A DNA stretch of 64,000 bases from an uncultured delta proteobacterium (GCA_963775425.1 CAVZJB010000011.1:192001-256000), one strand, 5' to 3'; shown: positions 19,400 to 35,121, counted from the stretch's first letter. Notes: generated by a model from the sequence alone, not told the origin. Made by a program: numbers and translations.

Positions 19400-20008
19400 A
19401 TGAGCTACAGCCCCATCGTCATCGAACAGACCGCGCGCGGCGAGCGCGAGTACGACATCTGGTCGCGGCTCCTCAAGGACCGCATCGTCTTCCTCGGGCG
19501 CGCCATCGACGACAACCTGGCGAACCTCATCGTCGCGCAGCTCCTCTACCTCGAGGCCGAGGACGCGGAGAAGGACGTCATCCTCTACATGAACTCGCCG
19601 GGCGGCTCGGTGACGGCGGGCTTGGCCATCTACGACGCCATGCAATACATCCGCTGCCCGGTGCAGACCGTGTGCGTGGGCCAGTGCGCGTCCATGGCGG
19701 CGGTGCTGCTCGCCGCGGGCACCAAGGGCAAGCGCCACATCCTCCCGCACAGCCGCGTGATGATCCACCAGCCCCACGGCGGCGCCGGCGGCACGTCGGC
19801 GGACATCGAGATCCAGGCCAAGGAGATCATGAAGCTCAAGCGGCGGCTCAACGAGCTGCTCGCCAAGCACACGGGCAAACCGCTCGAGGTGGTCGAGAAG
19901 GACACGGACCGCGACTACTTCATGAGCGCCGAAGAGGCCATCGCCTACGGCCTCGTCGACAAGTCGGTGTCGCGCAACCAGGCGACGGCCAAGGTGAGCG
20001 AAACATGA
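19400..20008 (+). CDS. clpP: ATP-dependent Clp protease proteolytic subunit (copy 1)
   Basis: [24 protein letters not shown] (Ser), MIHQP (His), DRD (Asp). Confidence 0.97.
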   Translation: MSYSPIVIEQTARGEREYDIWSRLLKDRIVFLGRAIDDNLANLIVAQLLYLEAEDAEKDVILYMNSPGGSVTAGLAIYDAMQYIRCPVQTVCVGQCASMAAVLLAAGTKGKRHILPHSRVMIHQPHGGAGGTSADIEIQAKEIMKLKRRLNELLAKHTGKPLEVVEKDTDRDYFMSAEEAIAYGLVDKSVSRNQATAKVSET

Positions 20009-20589
20009 CCATCGTCATCGAGCAGACCGCGCGCGGCGAGCGCGCGTACGACATCTGGTCGCGCCTGTTGAAGGACCGCATCGTCTTTCTGGGGACGCCC
20101 ATCAACGACGACGTCGCCAACCTCATCGTCGCTCAGCTCCTCTACCTCGAGGCCGAGGACGCCGAAAAAGACGTCATCATGTACCTGAACTCGCCCGGCG
20201 GCGTGGTGACGGCGGGCTTGGCGATCTACGACGCCATGCAATACATCCGCTGCGACGTGCAGACCGTGTGCGTCGGCCAGTGCGCCTCCATGGGCGCGGT
20301 GCTGCTCACGGCGGGCACCAAGGGCAAGCGGCAGATCCTCCCCAACAGCCGCGTGATGATCCACCAGCCGCACGGCGGCGCCGGCGGCACCTCCGCGGAC
20401 ATCGAGATCCAGGCGCGCGAGATCATGAAGCTGCGCGGCCAGCTCAACGAGATCATCGCCACGTCGACGGGCAAGCCCCTCACCCAGGTGGAGAAGGACA
20501 CGGACCGCGACCTCTACATGAGCGCGGAGGAGGCCATCGCCTACGGCCTCGTCGACCGCATCGTCGAGCGCAACGTCGAACGAAAGTAG
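20005..20589 (+). CDS. clpP: ATP-dependent Clp protease proteolytic subunit (copy 2)
   Basis: Same motifs with intact triad; ATG overlaps the upstream TGA (ATGA). Confidence 0.97.
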   Translation: MTIVIEQTARGERAYDIWSRLLKDRIVFLGTPINDDVANLIVAQLLYLEAEDAEKDVIMYLNSPGGVVTAGLAIYDAMQYIRCDVQTVCVGQCASMGAVLLTAGTKGKRQILPNSRVMIHQPHGGAGGTSADIEIQAREIMKLRGQLNEIIATSTGKPLTQVEKDTDRDLYMSAEEAIAYGLVDRIVERNVERK

Positions 20590-20653
20590 CGTCGTCGTTC
20601 CGTTTCACGTGTGGCGTGCGCGGGCTCCCAGGGGCGCGCGGCCTACTTCGTCC

Positions 20654-21004
20654 GACGGATGTGAGCGGTGGTTCGACGCGGCCAAAGACTTCGGCGTCGT
20701 CACGGGGTACCGCGGGGGCACCGAGGTGCGCGCGGAGCACAAGACCAACCGCGACACGGTGGCCCTGGTGCTCGCGCGCATCTACGACCTGCCGGCGAGC
20801 AACGTCGACGCCTTCAGCGACGACGACGGCACCAGCATGGAGCCCTGGCACGACAAGGTCGCGGCGGCGGGGCTGTTCACGGGCTACGACGACGGCCACG
20901 GCTGCCGCGAGTTCCGCGGCAGCCACGACGCCACCCGCGACCTGATCGCCATCATGGCCAGGCGCGCCGCCGATCGCGGCCTCACCCCGAAGTGGGCGCA
21001 GTAG
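20654..21004 (+). pseudogene. Probable 5'-truncated S-layer homology (SLH) domain fragment
   Basis: GVVTGY...TNRDTVALVLAR and FSDDDG...AGLFTGYDDG...FR...ATRDLIA resemble two SLH repeats; no convincing start or signal peptide. Confidence 0.5.
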
Positions 21005-21063
21005 CCGATCACGCGCGGGCCTCTTCTCCGTAAGAGAACGTGGGGGGAAGGAGAGCCCGCGAC

Positions 21064-21375
21064 ATGTCGGAGACTATGGGACCTGTGCCGTTCGCCGAGA
21101 TCTACGTCGACGGACAGCGGTCGAGCGCCCAGATCGGCGACCGGTTCATCTATGACCAGAAGAGCGGGACGCTGCTCATCCACAGGGACAGCGCGGACAT
21201 CCACTTCGTCAGCGGCGGCAAGCTCTCCGCGCGTTGCTTCGTCGGCCGCGACTGGTCGAGGAACCTCACGCAGGCGTCGGCGGAGCTGTACGCGCGCCTC
21301 GGCGGACACAAGGGCAAGGTCGCCTACATCGAGGGCTCGTTCCCGACGCTGATGACGTTCGAGGTCACCGGCTGA
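21064..21375 (+). CDS. Hypothetical protein
   Basis: 103 aa, GGAG RBS, protein-like composition with GC3-rich codons. Confidence 0.55.
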   Translation: MSETMGPVPFAEIYVDGQRSSAQIGDRFIYDQKSGTLLIHRDSADIHFVSGGKLSARCFVGRDWSRNLTQASAELYARLGGHKGKVAYIEGSFPTLMTFEVTG

Positions 21376-21495
21376 TCGGCGCGCTCCCTCCGCGCTGAAG
21401 AGCCGGCAGAAAATCTGAGCCTGACGACCGCGCCCGCGAACCGATTGCCGGCGACCGATCGCCGATGAGCTGCACCCCTTGAGTCAGCGCCGAGC

Positions 21496-23478
21496 TCAAC
21501 GGCAGATGGGGAACGTCAGCGCGGGGTCGGGGCCGAACGCGAAGTCCTGACACGTCTTGGGCGCGGTGCAGTCGTCGTCGGTGGCGCACAGGGCCGCGCA
21601 GGTGCCGGTGCCGGTGCCGTCGGGGTCGTCGCAGACGCCGCTCTTGCAGCCGGCGAAGGCGCCGTCGACGAGTCCACAGGGGGCGCCCTCGTCGCCGAAG
21701 GTGTCGTCGCTCGGCAGCGCGCACACCCCCGTGGCGGTGCCGTCGACGAGCGCGGTCACCGGGCGGCACACCTCGCCGGCGGTGGCGCAGTCGGCGTCGC
21801 GCGCGCACTCCGTGCGCGTCCCCGGGCGGTGCTCGCAGATGCCGGCGAACGCGAACGTGTCGTCGCTCGGGTCGTCCGGCGTGCCGTTGTCGTCGGTGGA
21901 CAGCGCGAAGCTGCCGCAGACGTCGTCGGCGCCGCAGTCGCCGTCGCCGGTGCAGGCCGCGGCGCAGCGGCCGTCGGCGGTGCACACGGCGCTGCGGCAC
22001 ACCGCCGCCGCGGGCGGGCGGCACGTGTGCGCGCCGACGTCGCAGGTGGCGCCGGCGAGGAGCGCGGTGCAGTCCGTGTCGTCGATGCAGGACGCGGGCG
22101 CGCCGGCGTCGTCGAGGAGCGGCAGCGCTACGAAGGGATCGCAGGCCTCGCCCTCGGCGAGCCCGCCGTCGGAGTCGACGCAGCGCGAGGTGACGGCGTG
22201 GTCGGCGTCGGCGAAGCGCGTGCATGTCTGCTCGCCGTCGGCGCCGGTGCCGTCGGGGCAGTCGGCCTCCGCCGCGCAGTGGGTCCCCTGAAAGCAGATG
22301 CCGAGCGTGTTGTCGTCGAGGGAGAGCCGGATGCACACGCCTCCCGTGCCGGCGCCGTTCGCGCAGTCGTCGTCGCTGGCGCACAGCGCCGAGCACGTGC
22401 CCTCGATGCACAGGTCGCTCTCGCACACCGCCGTGGGCTCGACCACGTCGTGGGTGGACGGCACGTCGCCGCAGGCGTCGAACAGCGCGCCGGCGCCGTC
22501 GTCGGGCGCGCGGCAGAAGCCGCCGAGGTTGGCGCCGGCGTCGTCGTGAAGCGCGCAGCGCTCCGTCGCGGCGCAGTCATTGTCGATGGCGCAGGAGTCG
22601 CCGGAGCCCGTGAAGGGTCGGCACAGACGAAGCACCGCGGGCACGTCGTCGGCGGGGTCGGCGTTGTTGTGGTCGGCGACGATGTCGATGCCCTCGCAGC
22701 GCATGCCGTCGGGGCAGTCCACGTCGTCGCCGCACGGGCTCGCGCACACGTCCTGATCCCAGCACACGAACGCGCCGCAGACGTCGCTGGCGGGCGGGGT
22801 GCAGACGCTGCCCGGGGTCTGCGGGTCGCCGTCGGCGTCGGCGCAGGCGTAGCCGGCGGGGCAATCGGTGTCCGCGCGGCACGGATCGCCGCGGTGCTTG
22901 AGCGCGGTGGCGTCGCAGGTGTCGCCGGCTCCGAGGGCGGCCACCGTCTTCGGGAAGCAGAAGCTCTCGAAGCCTCGGCCCGTGCCGACGATGGAGCAGG
23001 TCTGGTCTGCGCCGCAGTCGCCGTCGTTGTTGCATGCGCCGCCGGTGAGGCTCAGGCAGCCGTTGAACTGTTGGCCGAGGTTGTCGAAGCAGACGCCGCC
23101 GGCGTCGTCGGGCAGGGTGCAATCGGCGCTCGTGCTGCACGTCGGGAAGCACTGGCCGCCCTGGGCGGACAGGAGCAGGCAGCGCGAGGGGACGCCCAGC
23201 CCGTCGCAGTCGGCGTCGAGGCGGCAGTTCTTCGTGCAGATGTCGTTGAGGGTCGGGTTGCCGGCGAACAGATTGGTGCAGGTGCCGGTGGCGCAGTCGG
23301 CGCTCTGCGTACAGGCCGCGTAGGCCGCGAGGCCGTCGCCCTCGCCCTCTCCTTCCCCCTCGCCCTCGCCTTCGCCTTCGCCTTCCCCCTCGCCCGTGTT
23401 GTCACGGCCGGGGCAGCCCGCGAGCACCGCGATCAGGGTTGCGAGGAGGGGGACGGCGAAGGGATGGAGGGCGCGCAT
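21496..23478 (-). CDS. Cys-rich lipoprotein with N-terminal (GE)n linker
   Basis: LAG-C lipobox, G(EG)9 tract, many CxxDxDC repeats. Confidence 0.82.
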   Translation of the reverse strand: MRALHPFAVPLLATLIAVLAGCPGRDNTGEGEGEGEGEGEGEGEGEGDGLAAYAACTQSADCATGTCTNLFAGNPTLNDICTKNCRLDADCDGLGVPSRCLLLSAQGGQCFPTCSTSADCTLPDDAGGVCFDNLGQQFNGCLSLTGGACNNDGDCGADQTCSIVGTGRGFESFCFPKTVAALGAGDTCDATALKHRGDPCRADTDCPAGYACADADGDPQTPGSVCTPPASDVCGAFVCWDQDVCASPCGDDVDCPDGMRCEGIDIVADHNNADPADDVPAVLRLCRPFTGSGDSCAIDNDCAATERCALHDDAGANLGGFCRAPDDGAGALFDACGDVPSTHDVVEPTAVCESDLCIEGTCSALCASDDDCANGAGTGGVCIRLSLDDNTLGICFQGTHCAAEADCPDGTGADGEQTCTRFADADHAVTSRCVDSDGGLAEGEACDPFVALPLLDDAGAPASCIDDTDCTALLAGATCDVGAHTCRPPAAAVCRSAVCTADGRCAAACTGDGDCGADDVCGSFALSTDDNGTPDDPSDDTFAFAGICEHRPGTRTECARDADCATAGEVCRPVTALVDGTATGVCALPSDDTFGDEGAPCGLVDGAFAGCKSGVCDDPDGTGTGTCAALCATDDDCTAPKTCQDFAFGPDPALTFPICR

Positions 23479-23556
23479 TGGCGCATTGGACACCACACGG
23501 GCCCCGGACGGAAACCCCGGGCCCTGATCAGCGACCGGAGGGAGCGCCCGCGCGGA

Positions 23557-26031
23557 TCAAGCGCGGCCGGCGGGCGGGCGGGCGGGCAACGCCGCGACGA
23601 CGGCGTAGGCGACGGCACCGAGCAGCAACAGGCTGCGAAAGCCGAGCGCATAGCTCAGCGGCGACGACATCGCGGTGGCGACGGTGCCGGCGGCGGCGTT
23701 CACGCCGAGCGCCCACGGAATGAGGTGCGCGTGCTCCGGCGGAATGGCCGCGACGCCGCGCGGCAGGAGGTGGCCGAGGACGAGCGCGAGCGGCGCCGGC
23801 AGCGCGAAGGCGAGCGCGAAGCCGACGGCGCGCGGCGCGGCCATCGCGTGCGGGACGAGCGCGTCGAGGCCGGCGGCGTAGGCGAGGGCCAGCAGCGCGG
23901 CGAAGAGCGCGACGCCGCGCGCACCGACGCGGCCGGAGGCGAACGTGCGCTCGGACAGCAGACTGCCGAGCCCGGTGAACAACATGATCGACGACAGCAC
24001 GATGCCGAGCGCGTAGCCGGGGTGGCCGACGATCATGCGCAGCTTCTGGATGAGCCCCACCTCCAGCCACATGAAGCCCGCGCCGATCCCGGCGAAGTAG
24101 GCGAGGTGCACCCACGCCGCGCGCGGCAGGAACACGCCGGCGCGGCCCCTCCCGAGCGCGACGGGGGCGAGCACCACGGCGGCGGCCACGAGGAGCAGGA
24201 CCAGGGGAAACACCGCGCGCCGTCGCCACTGATCGAGCTGGTTGACGACGTGGCGGTTGAGCCCCGCCGGGCGATGAGACGACCAGAACCAGGAGTGCAG
24301 GAACGCGTCGCGCGGGACCACCGAGCGGAAATACGGCCAATCGTCGTTGGTGGGCTCGAGCGAGACGGCGCGCGGCAACAGGGCCGCCACCGCGGCGCCG
24401 GGCTCGGCGGCCGTGGCGGCGACGACGAACGGCTTGTTGGCTGCGGTGGGTGCGATGCCCGGCGCGTAGAACACCTTGTAGGGACCGCTCAACAGCGACG
24501 AGATGTGCTCGACGTCGGCGGCGGACACGCCGGCCGGCTTCACCATCAACACGCTGTGGTTCTCAGGGTCGTCCCACGTCCTCACGTCGCCGTCGCGGGC
24601 CACCACCGCGAAGCGCGCCGCCGGCGTGCTGTCGCCCCGCTCCGCAAACAGCTCGCGCAGCGTCAGCATCGCGCGCACCTTGTTGCCGTTCAGGATGGTG
24701 AGCTGTCCGCCGGGCGTGAGGTGGTCGAGGATGGAGGCGAACGCCTCCTTCGAATAGACGTGCTCGAACGACGCTGCGGCCGCGCCGGTGTAATAGGAAA
24801 TCGTGTGGCCCCACCACGAAATCAGCACACAATCGTATTTGCTGCGGTCGCGCGCGAGGAACGTGCGCGCCTCCGCGGCGACGAGCTTGCGGCCGGGCCG
24901 GGCGAGGTAGCGCGCGAGCTCCGAGCCGGGCTGGGACGTCGGCCAGCCGAACACCTGAGGCACGAGCTCGACGCCGACGATCTCGGACGGCCGACCGCCG
25001 AGGTCCGTGTCGATGTTGACCATGTCGAAGCCGGCGCCGGCGAGCAGGACGAGCACGCGCCCCGGCGCGCACGCTGCCGTGGCCAGCCGAGAGGCGATCT
25101 CCATCGGCTGCTCCGGCGGAAACACGGGGACGCGCGCGTGTCCCTCGCCGCGCCCGTGGACCATGATCGTGCGCGGGTGGGGATCGTCCGCCGTGTCGCG
25201 CAGCTCCATGGCGCCGATGCGCCCGTACGAGGTCCACGTGTGCCAGATCTCTCTCGCGTGCTGCCGCGCGTATTGGCCGCCGGGCAACGTGCGCGCCGCC
25301 GACGCGGGGTGGGGCGGCGGGTCGAACCAGTCGTGGAGCGGGCTCAGCGCCACGACCAGCGCGACCGCCCCGAGCGCCGCCGCGCCCGCCGCCGCCCGCG
25401 GCCTCCGCGCGGCCATGAGGAGGCACGCGGCCGACGCGAGGGGCGCCGCCACGGCCGCGCCGAACGGCGGAGCGAACCCGCCTGTCTCGAGGAGCGCGAT
25501 CGCGCCGAGCGCGCCGAGGCTGCCCCCGCCCAGGTCGGCCGCGTACAGGCGGTTGACGCGCCCCTCGCCGCAGTCGCGGAAGAGCACGGCGATGGCCCCG
25601 CCGTACAAGCCGTAGCTGAACGCCATGGCCGCCCCGAGGACATAGAGCGCGTGCGCCTGCTGGCGGACCGTGATCTCGATGAACGCGTCGAGGGTGGAGT
25701 CGCCGAGCACCTTGCTGACGAGCTCGTTTTCTCCGGCCTTGAGCACGCGCGCGAGCGCGAAGAGCCCGAGGGTGGTCACCGCGGCGCAGCCCGTGAAGAG
25801 CGCCGCCAGGCTGCACGCGCGGGAGGCCGTGGCGCCCCGACTCGACCGGGGCCGGCTCAAGAGGGATCCCGCGGCGCCGACGCCGAGGACGGCCAGCGCG
25901 ATGGTGATGGCGACGTCGCCGTTGCCCACGGCGTAGCCGATGACGCGCGTGGCCGTGACCTCGAGCAGCACCAGGCCGAAGGCGGCGAGGAACATGCCCG
26001 TCGAGATCCAACCGCGCGACGCCTGCTCCAC
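23557..26031 (-). CDS. Multi-TM protein with central spermidine-synthase-like SAM-binding domain
   Basis: [10 protein letters not shown] block, [39 protein letters not shown]...; classic membrane-fused SpeE-like architecture. Confidence 0.8.
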   Translation of the reverse strand: MEQASRGWISTGMFLAAFGLVLLEVTATRVIGYAVGNGDVAITIALAVLGVGAAGSLLSRPRSSRGATASRACSLAALFTGCAAVTTLGLFALARVLKAGENELVSKVLGDSTLDAFIEITVRQQAHALYVLGAAMAFSYGLYGGAIAVLFRDCGEGRVNRLYAADLGGGSLGALGAIALLETGGFAPPFGAAVAAPLASAACLLMAARRPRAAAGAAALGAVALVVALSPLHDWFDPPPHPASAARTLPGGQYARQHAREIWHTWTSYGRIGAMELRDTADDPHPRTIMVHGRGEGHARVPVFPPEQPMEIASRLATAACAPGRVLVLLAGAGFDMVNIDTDLGGRPSEIVGVELVPQVFGWPTSQPGSELARYLARPGRKLVAAEARTFLARDRSKYDCVLISWWGHTISYYTGAAAASFEHVYSKEAFASILDHLTPGGQLTILNGNKVRAMLTLRELFAERGDSTPAARFAVVARDGDVRTWDDPENHSVLMVKPAGVSAADVEHISSLLSGPYKVFYAPGIAPTAANKPFVVAATAAEPGAAVAALLPRAVSLEPTNDDWPYFRSVVPRDAFLHSWFWSSHRPAGLNRHVVNQLDQWRRRAVFPLVLLLVAAAVVLAPVALGRGRAGVFLPRAAWVHLAYFAGIGAGFMWLEVGLIQKLRMIVGHPGYALGIVLSSIMLFTGLGSLLSERTFASGRVGARGVALFAALLALAYAAGLDALVPHAMAAPRAVGFALAFALPAPLALVLGHLLPRGVAAIPPEHAHLIPWALGVNAAAGTVATAMSSPLSYALGFRSLLLLGAVAYAVVAALPARPPAGRA

Positions 26032-26128
26032 GGGCGGTCCTTTGCATGACCCGGCGGGAAGCTCAACGACGCCGCCCGCGGGCGGACACGAGGTGGCGCC
26101 GGGCGCGGCGGCCGGCTATAGCCACGGG

Positions 26129-27448
<1,320 letters not shown>

Positions 27449-27490
27449 GCGCTCGCGCGCGGGTGCGCGGTGCCCTGAGCGTTCCGTGCT

Positions 27491-28477
27491 CTATGGCTTC
27501 GGGGCGGGGGCCGCCTCGGCCTCGGCGCTCCCGCTGACCAGGCGCTCCGAGAGGGTCCACACCTGCTCGGCGAGCGCCTCGTCGCCGGCGTCGGCGCTGG
27601 TCCCGCTCTGGTTGCAGTTGGCGAGGTAGATGCCCCGGTGCTCTTCGAGCCCGGGCGCGACGGCGGCGAGCACGGAGGTGGCCGCGCCCTGCGCCTCGCT
27701 CTTGAGCAACGGCCGCGCCGCCCGCCACAGGACCCCGAGGACGCCGAGGTGGCGCACGAGGTTGGTGGCGATGACACCGGGGTGCAGCGCGAACGCCGAC
27801 TGCCCGGCGGGCATGCGCTTCGCGAGCGCGCGAGCGAACAGGATGTTGGCGAGCTTGCTGTCGCCGTACGCGGTGAACGGGGCGTACTTGCGCTTGTCGT
27901 AGCGCTTGTCGTCGCCCAGCGTGGCGAGCACGCCGGCGCCGCTGCCGCGCGTGTGCGCGGAGCTGGCGACGACGACGACGCGCGCGCTGCTCGCGAGTGA
28001 CGGCCGCAACAGGGACGCGAGCAGGAAGTGCCCGAGGTGGTTGGTGCCCATCTGCAGCTCGAAGCCCTGCTTGGTGAACGACAGCGGGCTCGCCATCACG
28101 CCCGCGTTGCACAGGAGCACGTCGATCCCGGCCGCGTCGCCGGCGCCGAGCGCGCCGGCGCACGCACGCACGGATGCGAAGTCGGCGAGGTCGAGCGCCG
28201 TGACGTCGAGCGCGCCGCCCGCGCCGCCGAGGCCGGCGCGGATCGCACCGGCGGCGCGCTCGCCCGCCGCGACGTCGCGAACCGCGAGGACGACGTCGGC
28301 GCCGGCGCCGGCGAGGGCGCGGACGGTCTCCACGCCGATCCCCGACGAGGCCCCGGTGACGACGATGCGCTTGCCGGCGAGGAGCGCGCGGGGGTCGACG
28401 CCGGCGGCGCGCGCGACGCCGTCGACGACGTCCTGGGCGGTGCTGCGCTTGCCGAAGCCCGTGGGTGCGAGGGTCAT
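27491..28477 (-). CDS. Short-chain dehydrogenase/reductase (retinol dehydrogenase/WWOX-like)
   Basis: [25 protein letters not shown]. Confidence 0.92.
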   Translation of the reverse strand: MTLAPTGFGKRSTAQDVVDGVARAAGVDPRALLAGKRIVVTGASSGIGVETVRALAGAGADVVLAVRDVAAGERAAGAIRAGLGGAGGALDVTALDLADFASVRACAGALGAGDAAGIDVLLCNAGVMASPLSFTKQGFELQMGTNHLGHFLLASLLRPSLASSARVVVVASSAHTRGSGAGVLATLGDDKRYDKRKYAPFTAYGDSKLANILFARALAKRMPAGQSAFALHPGVIATNLVRHLGVLGVLWRAARPLLKSEAQGAATSVLAAVAPGLEEHRGIYLANCNQSGTSADAGDEALAEQVWTLSERLVSGSAEAEAAPAPKP

Positions 28478-28532
28478 GCGCCCGCTTAACACCGCGCGCG
28501 CCTGGGCGCGCGGGGTCCGCGAAGGGAGCGGA

Positions 28533-29306
28533 TCACTCGACCTCGAAGCTCTCGAGCGTCACGAGCAGCGGGTAGCCGCGGCCGCGCATCTCGTCGAGCA
28601 CGCGGTTCGCCGAGGCCAACGCCTCCGCGCGCGGCAGGCTCGCGACGATCGAGGCGCCGACGGTGTGCACCTCGAGCATGCGCGCGACGGCCTCGTCGCG
28701 GTGCAGGCCGAACGCCTCCTCGAGGAGCTCCACGACCACCTCCTGCGGGGTGAAGTCGTCGTTGTGCAAGACGAGCTCGAGGACATCCCCGCGCGGGCCG
28801 CCCGTGATCCGGGGGTGCGCGAGCACGCCGTGAGACAGGAACGTGGCGAGCCGCCCGCGCGTCAGCCCGGCGCCGGCGAGCAACCCCTCGACGCGTTGAT
28901 CGAGGCGCAGCAACGCGTACAGGACGTCGCCGGAGCGCACCTCGGAGCGCCCGGCGCCGAGGGCCGAGAGCTTGGCGACGCGCACGGCCCGCCCCGCCTG
29001 GGGAGAGCCCCCGCGCATGACGTCGCGCACCGGCCCGCGGTTCGCGGCGCCGTCGTTCGCGGCCTCGACGGCGTCGAAGAACGAGGCGAGCTCCGTGGCT
29101 TCGGCGAGGGCGTCGAGGACGCCGCCGCCGCGGTCGACGTGCCGGACGACGTCCTGGGCGTCGTCGGACCAGGCGGCGCCGCGCAGTTGCTCTTCCAGGG
29201 TCTCCGGGCCGCGCGCGAGCCCGAGGACGCCGAGGGCGCGCCGCCACCAAGGGAGCTTGGCGGGGCGCGCGAGCGGCGCGGCGGGAGAGGCGGGCTGCTC
29301 GGCCAT
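28533..29306 (-). CDS. ClpS-domain adaptor protein with N-terminal Clp-N-like region
   Basis: C-terminal VLHNDDFTP...MLEVHTVG...GYPL is the ClpS signature; the preceding EVRSGDVLYALL...LTRGRLATFLSHG resembles ClpA N-domain repeat 2. Confidence 0.8.
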   Translation of the reverse strand: MAEQPASPAAPLARPAKLPWWRRALGVLGLARGPETLEEQLRGAAWSDDAQDVVRHVDRGGGVLDALAEATELASFFDAVEAANDGAANRGPVRDVMRGGSPQAGRAVRVAKLSALGAGRSEVRSGDVLYALLRLDQRVEGLLAGAGLTRGRLATFLSHGVLAHPRITGGPRGDVLELVLHNDDFTPQEVVVELLEEAFGLHRDEAVARMLEVHTVGASIVASLPRAEALASANRVLDEMRGRGYPLLVTLESFEVE

Positions 29307-29348
29307 CTCGAAGGACAGCTTACCGAGCGCGGCGCCGACCTGCCGACG

Positions 29349-29666
29349 TCAGCGGCGGTGTTTCCAGGCGCCGTAGCCGTGCCCGCGCGGGGTGTGGCAG
29401 TGCTTCTTCTTGCCGTGCTCGACGTACACGACGCGGTCCCGCGGCCGGGGCGCTTCCTCGACGACCACGACCTGGCGCGGGGCCCGGCGCTCCACCACCA
29501 CCGGTGGCGGGGTACGTCCGAGCGTCACCACCACGCCGCCCACCTCCACCGTGAGCGGCGGGATGCCGACGGTGGCGGTGACGACGGGCTCATGGGCCTG
29601 TGACGGGGCGGCGGCGAGTCCGGCGACGACGAGCACCGCCGGAGCGAGCAGGATCGCGTTGTTCAT
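29349..29666 (-). CDS. Small secreted hypothetical protein
   Basis: Signal peptide (SQA), PPVVV/VVVV motifs, His/Lys-rich tail. Confidence 0.6.
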   Translation of the reverse strand: MNNAILLAPAVLVVAGLAAAPSQAHEPVVTATVGIPPLTVEVGGVVVTLGRTPPPVVVERRAPRQVVVVEEAPRPRDRVVYVEHGKKKHCHTPRGHGYGAWKHRR

Positions 29667-29845
29667 GGCCGACAGACGGAGGCCGGATCCGGGCTATTCA
29701 CGCGCATGTACGACAGTGCGCCATCCGACAGCGTGCGCGCCGGGAACGGGTGATCCGTCCGTCACGCTTGCGCGGACGGGGACACGTGGCGATCATGCTC
29801 GCCAGGATCCGACCTCCGCGGTACGTCCTCGGGGGCAGGAGAAGC

Positions 29846-32634
<2,789 letters not shown>

Positions 32635-32635
<1 letters not shown>

Positions 32636-34008
32636 TGCACGGACAGCGACATGAGAGCGAGAGCGCGCAGAGCGATCTCGCCCTCATGCGCGCTCGCATC
32701 GCGAGCTCCCTCGCCTGGGCGGCTTGTGTCTTCGGCCTCGTCGCCTACGTCCCCTCGGTGCTCGCGAGCGTCCACGCCGGGCATCTCCTTGTCGCGGCCG
32801 CCGACACCGCCCTGTACGGCTGGGTGCTCGCGGTGCGCTTCCTCCCGCTCACGAGCGCGCAGCGCTCGCTCCACCTCGTCTTGCTCGCGCACACCGTCGG
32901 CGCGATGTTGCTCGCCGCGCTCGGGCCGTTCGGCCACGGGGTCATGTGGCTCACCGGCGCCGCCGTGGTGGCGGCGATGCTCCTCGGGGTGCGCGCGGCC
33001 CTGTGGTCCACGGCCGCGCAGGTCGGCTTCGTCGCGCTCACGTCGCTGGCGCTGTTTGCCGTGCGTCCGTCGTGGTGGATCGCCGGGGGCGCCGGCCAGC
33101 CCTTCGCGTGGTTCGCCTTCGCCGGCGGCAGCGTGTTTTTGAGCGCGGCGCTGTCGGTGCCCATCGGAGAGCTCCTCGGCGGGCTCGCCTCTGCGCTCGC
33201 GTCGGTGCAGCGCGAGCGCGCCCGCCTCGCCGACGCCAACGCGCGCATCGTCAAAGAGGCCGAGAAGCGCGAGCGCCTCGAGGGGGAGCTCATGCAGGCG
33301 CGCAAGCTCGAAGCCATCGGACGGGTGGCGGCGGGGATCTCGCACGAGCTCAACAACCTGCTGCAGCCCATCGTGGCGCTGTCGATGACGGCGCGCGCGG
33401 CGCTCCCCGCGGAGAGCGCGGCGCGGGCGGACGTCGATGAGATCGCGAAGGCGGCGGAGCGCCTGCGCAGCCTGGTGCGCCAGGTGTCGACGTACGCGCG
33501 CCGCGACGACGGACAGCGGGCGCCGCTGTCGCTCGGGGACACGGTGCGCGGCGGGCTCGCGCTGTTGCGCGCGGGGGTGCCGTCGGCGGTGCGCATCGAG
33601 GTCGACGCGCCCGGCGACATCGACGACACCATCCTGGCGAGCGCGTCCGAGCTGCAGCAGGTGCTGTTGAACCTCGTGGCCAACGCCGCGTACGCCATGC
33701 GCGAGCGCGGCGGCCGCCTCGGCCTCGCCGTCGTCGCCCGCGCCGCCGCGGTGCCGGCGCTCCTGCGCGACGCGGGTCGCGGCTTCGTGCGCCTCGACGT
33801 CAGCGACGAGGGCGAGGGCATGGACGCCGCCACGCTCGAGCGGGTCTTCGAGCCGTTTTTCACCACCAAGCCGGCGGGCGAGGGGACGGGCTTCGGGCTG
33901 GCCACCGTGCACCGCATCGTCACGTCGCTCGGCGGCGCGGTGTCGGCGACGAGCACGCCCGGCGTGGGCAGCACGTTCACCCTCGTGTTCCCCCGGGCGA
34001 GCGCGTAG
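32635..34008 (+). CDS. Membrane sensor histidine kinase (NtrB-like HisKA + HATPase)
   Basis: Multiple TM helices, SHELNN H-box, NLVANA, DEGEGM, FEPFFTTK, GTGFGL. Confidence 0.92.
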
Positions 34009-34029
34009 GCGGCGCGCCCGCCGCTTCGC

Positions 34030-35121
34030 GTGGACGTCGCCGGCCGGCCGCACGTAGGCTGCCTCGTGCTCGCCGCGCTCGCCGCGCTCGCCGCCGCCTC
34101 CGCCGGAGCGCTCGCCCCGGGCACCGCGGCGTTCGTCGTCGAGGGCACCGCGTCGATGCGCGCCGCCCCCGGCGCCGCCGCCGCCGTCGTCCGACAGCTC
34201 CCGATCTGGACCGCCGTGCGCGTCGACACCGTGGAGCACGGCTGGGCCCGCGTCCTCGCAGGCCCGCGCGTCCTCGTCTACGACAGCCCCGGCGGCGAGG
34301 CGCGGCCGGTGGCGCCGTCGACGTTTTCGCCGTCCGCGCCGGCGGGCTGGTTGCCCGTGGCCTCGCTCGACCCCGCGCCGCCCTCGCGCCGCGCGCTCCT
34401 CACCGCCGCGCGCGCCGCCTCCGACGACACCGCGCGCCGGGTCCTGCTCCTGCGCGCCTGGGCGCTCGATCCGCACGACCCCGCCGTCGTGAGCGTCGCC
34501 GCCCCGGCCGCGCGCTCCCGCGTCCTGCGCCGCGCCGCGCCCTTTGCGCGGGCGGACCTCGTCTTCGGCTGCCACGGCGACCTCGCGCGCGCCCGCGTGG
34601 CGTCGGGCGTGCTCCTCGGGCGCCGGCCCGGCGCCGCGCCCACGGGCGACGTCTGCCTCGAGCGCGTCGACGTGCGCACGCCGTGCGACGACGAGCGGCG
34701 GGCGTCGCACCGGCGCGAGGCGGGGGAGCTCACCGCGCGCTTCGGCGCGCACGGGCCGGCCCTGCGGCTCGAGGCCGGACCGGGCGCTGGGGATCTGCCG
34801 ATCTACGTCGTCACGCGCCTCCTCGCCGCCGACGGATGCGCCGGCGACGTGCCGCTCGCGGCCTCGACGGACGTGAAGGTCGAGCGGCTGCGCGTCCCGG
34901 TCATCGAGCACGGCGGGACCACGCTGCACGTCCTCGTGCCCCGCTACGGCGGCGCGCTCTACGACGTGGTCGCCGCCGACAGCGCCGCCGACGTCGACGG
35001 CTCCCGTGAGAGCTTCGAGCTCGGCCCCGACTTCGACGTGGACCCCCGGCTCGAGCCGGGCCCCGGGCACCACCTCTTCGTCGCCCCCGACGCATGTTGC
35101 GCCGCCGAAGACGAGCCCTGA
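34030..35121 (+). CDS. Hypothetical exported protein with SH3-like domain
   Basis: Signal-like N-terminus, MRAAPG...LPIWTAVRV...GWARV...GWLP SH3b-like pattern. Confidence 0.55.
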   Translation: MDVAGRPHVGCLVLAALAALAAASAGALAPGTAAFVVEGTASMRAAPGAAAAVVRQLPIWTAVRVDTVEHGWARVLAGPRVLVYDSPGGEARPVAPSTFSPSAPAGWLPVASLDPAPPSRRALLTAARAASDDTARRVLLLRAWALDPHDPAVVSVAAPAARSRVLRRAAPFARADLVFGCHGDLARARVASGVLLGRRPGAAPTGDVCLERVDVRTPCDDERRASHRREAGELTARFGAHGPALRLEAGPGAGDLPIYVVTRLLAADGCAGDVPLAASTDVKVERLRVPVIEHGGTTLHVLVPRYGGALYDVVAADSAADVDGSRESFELGPDFDVDPRLEPGPGHHLFVAPDACCAAEDEP

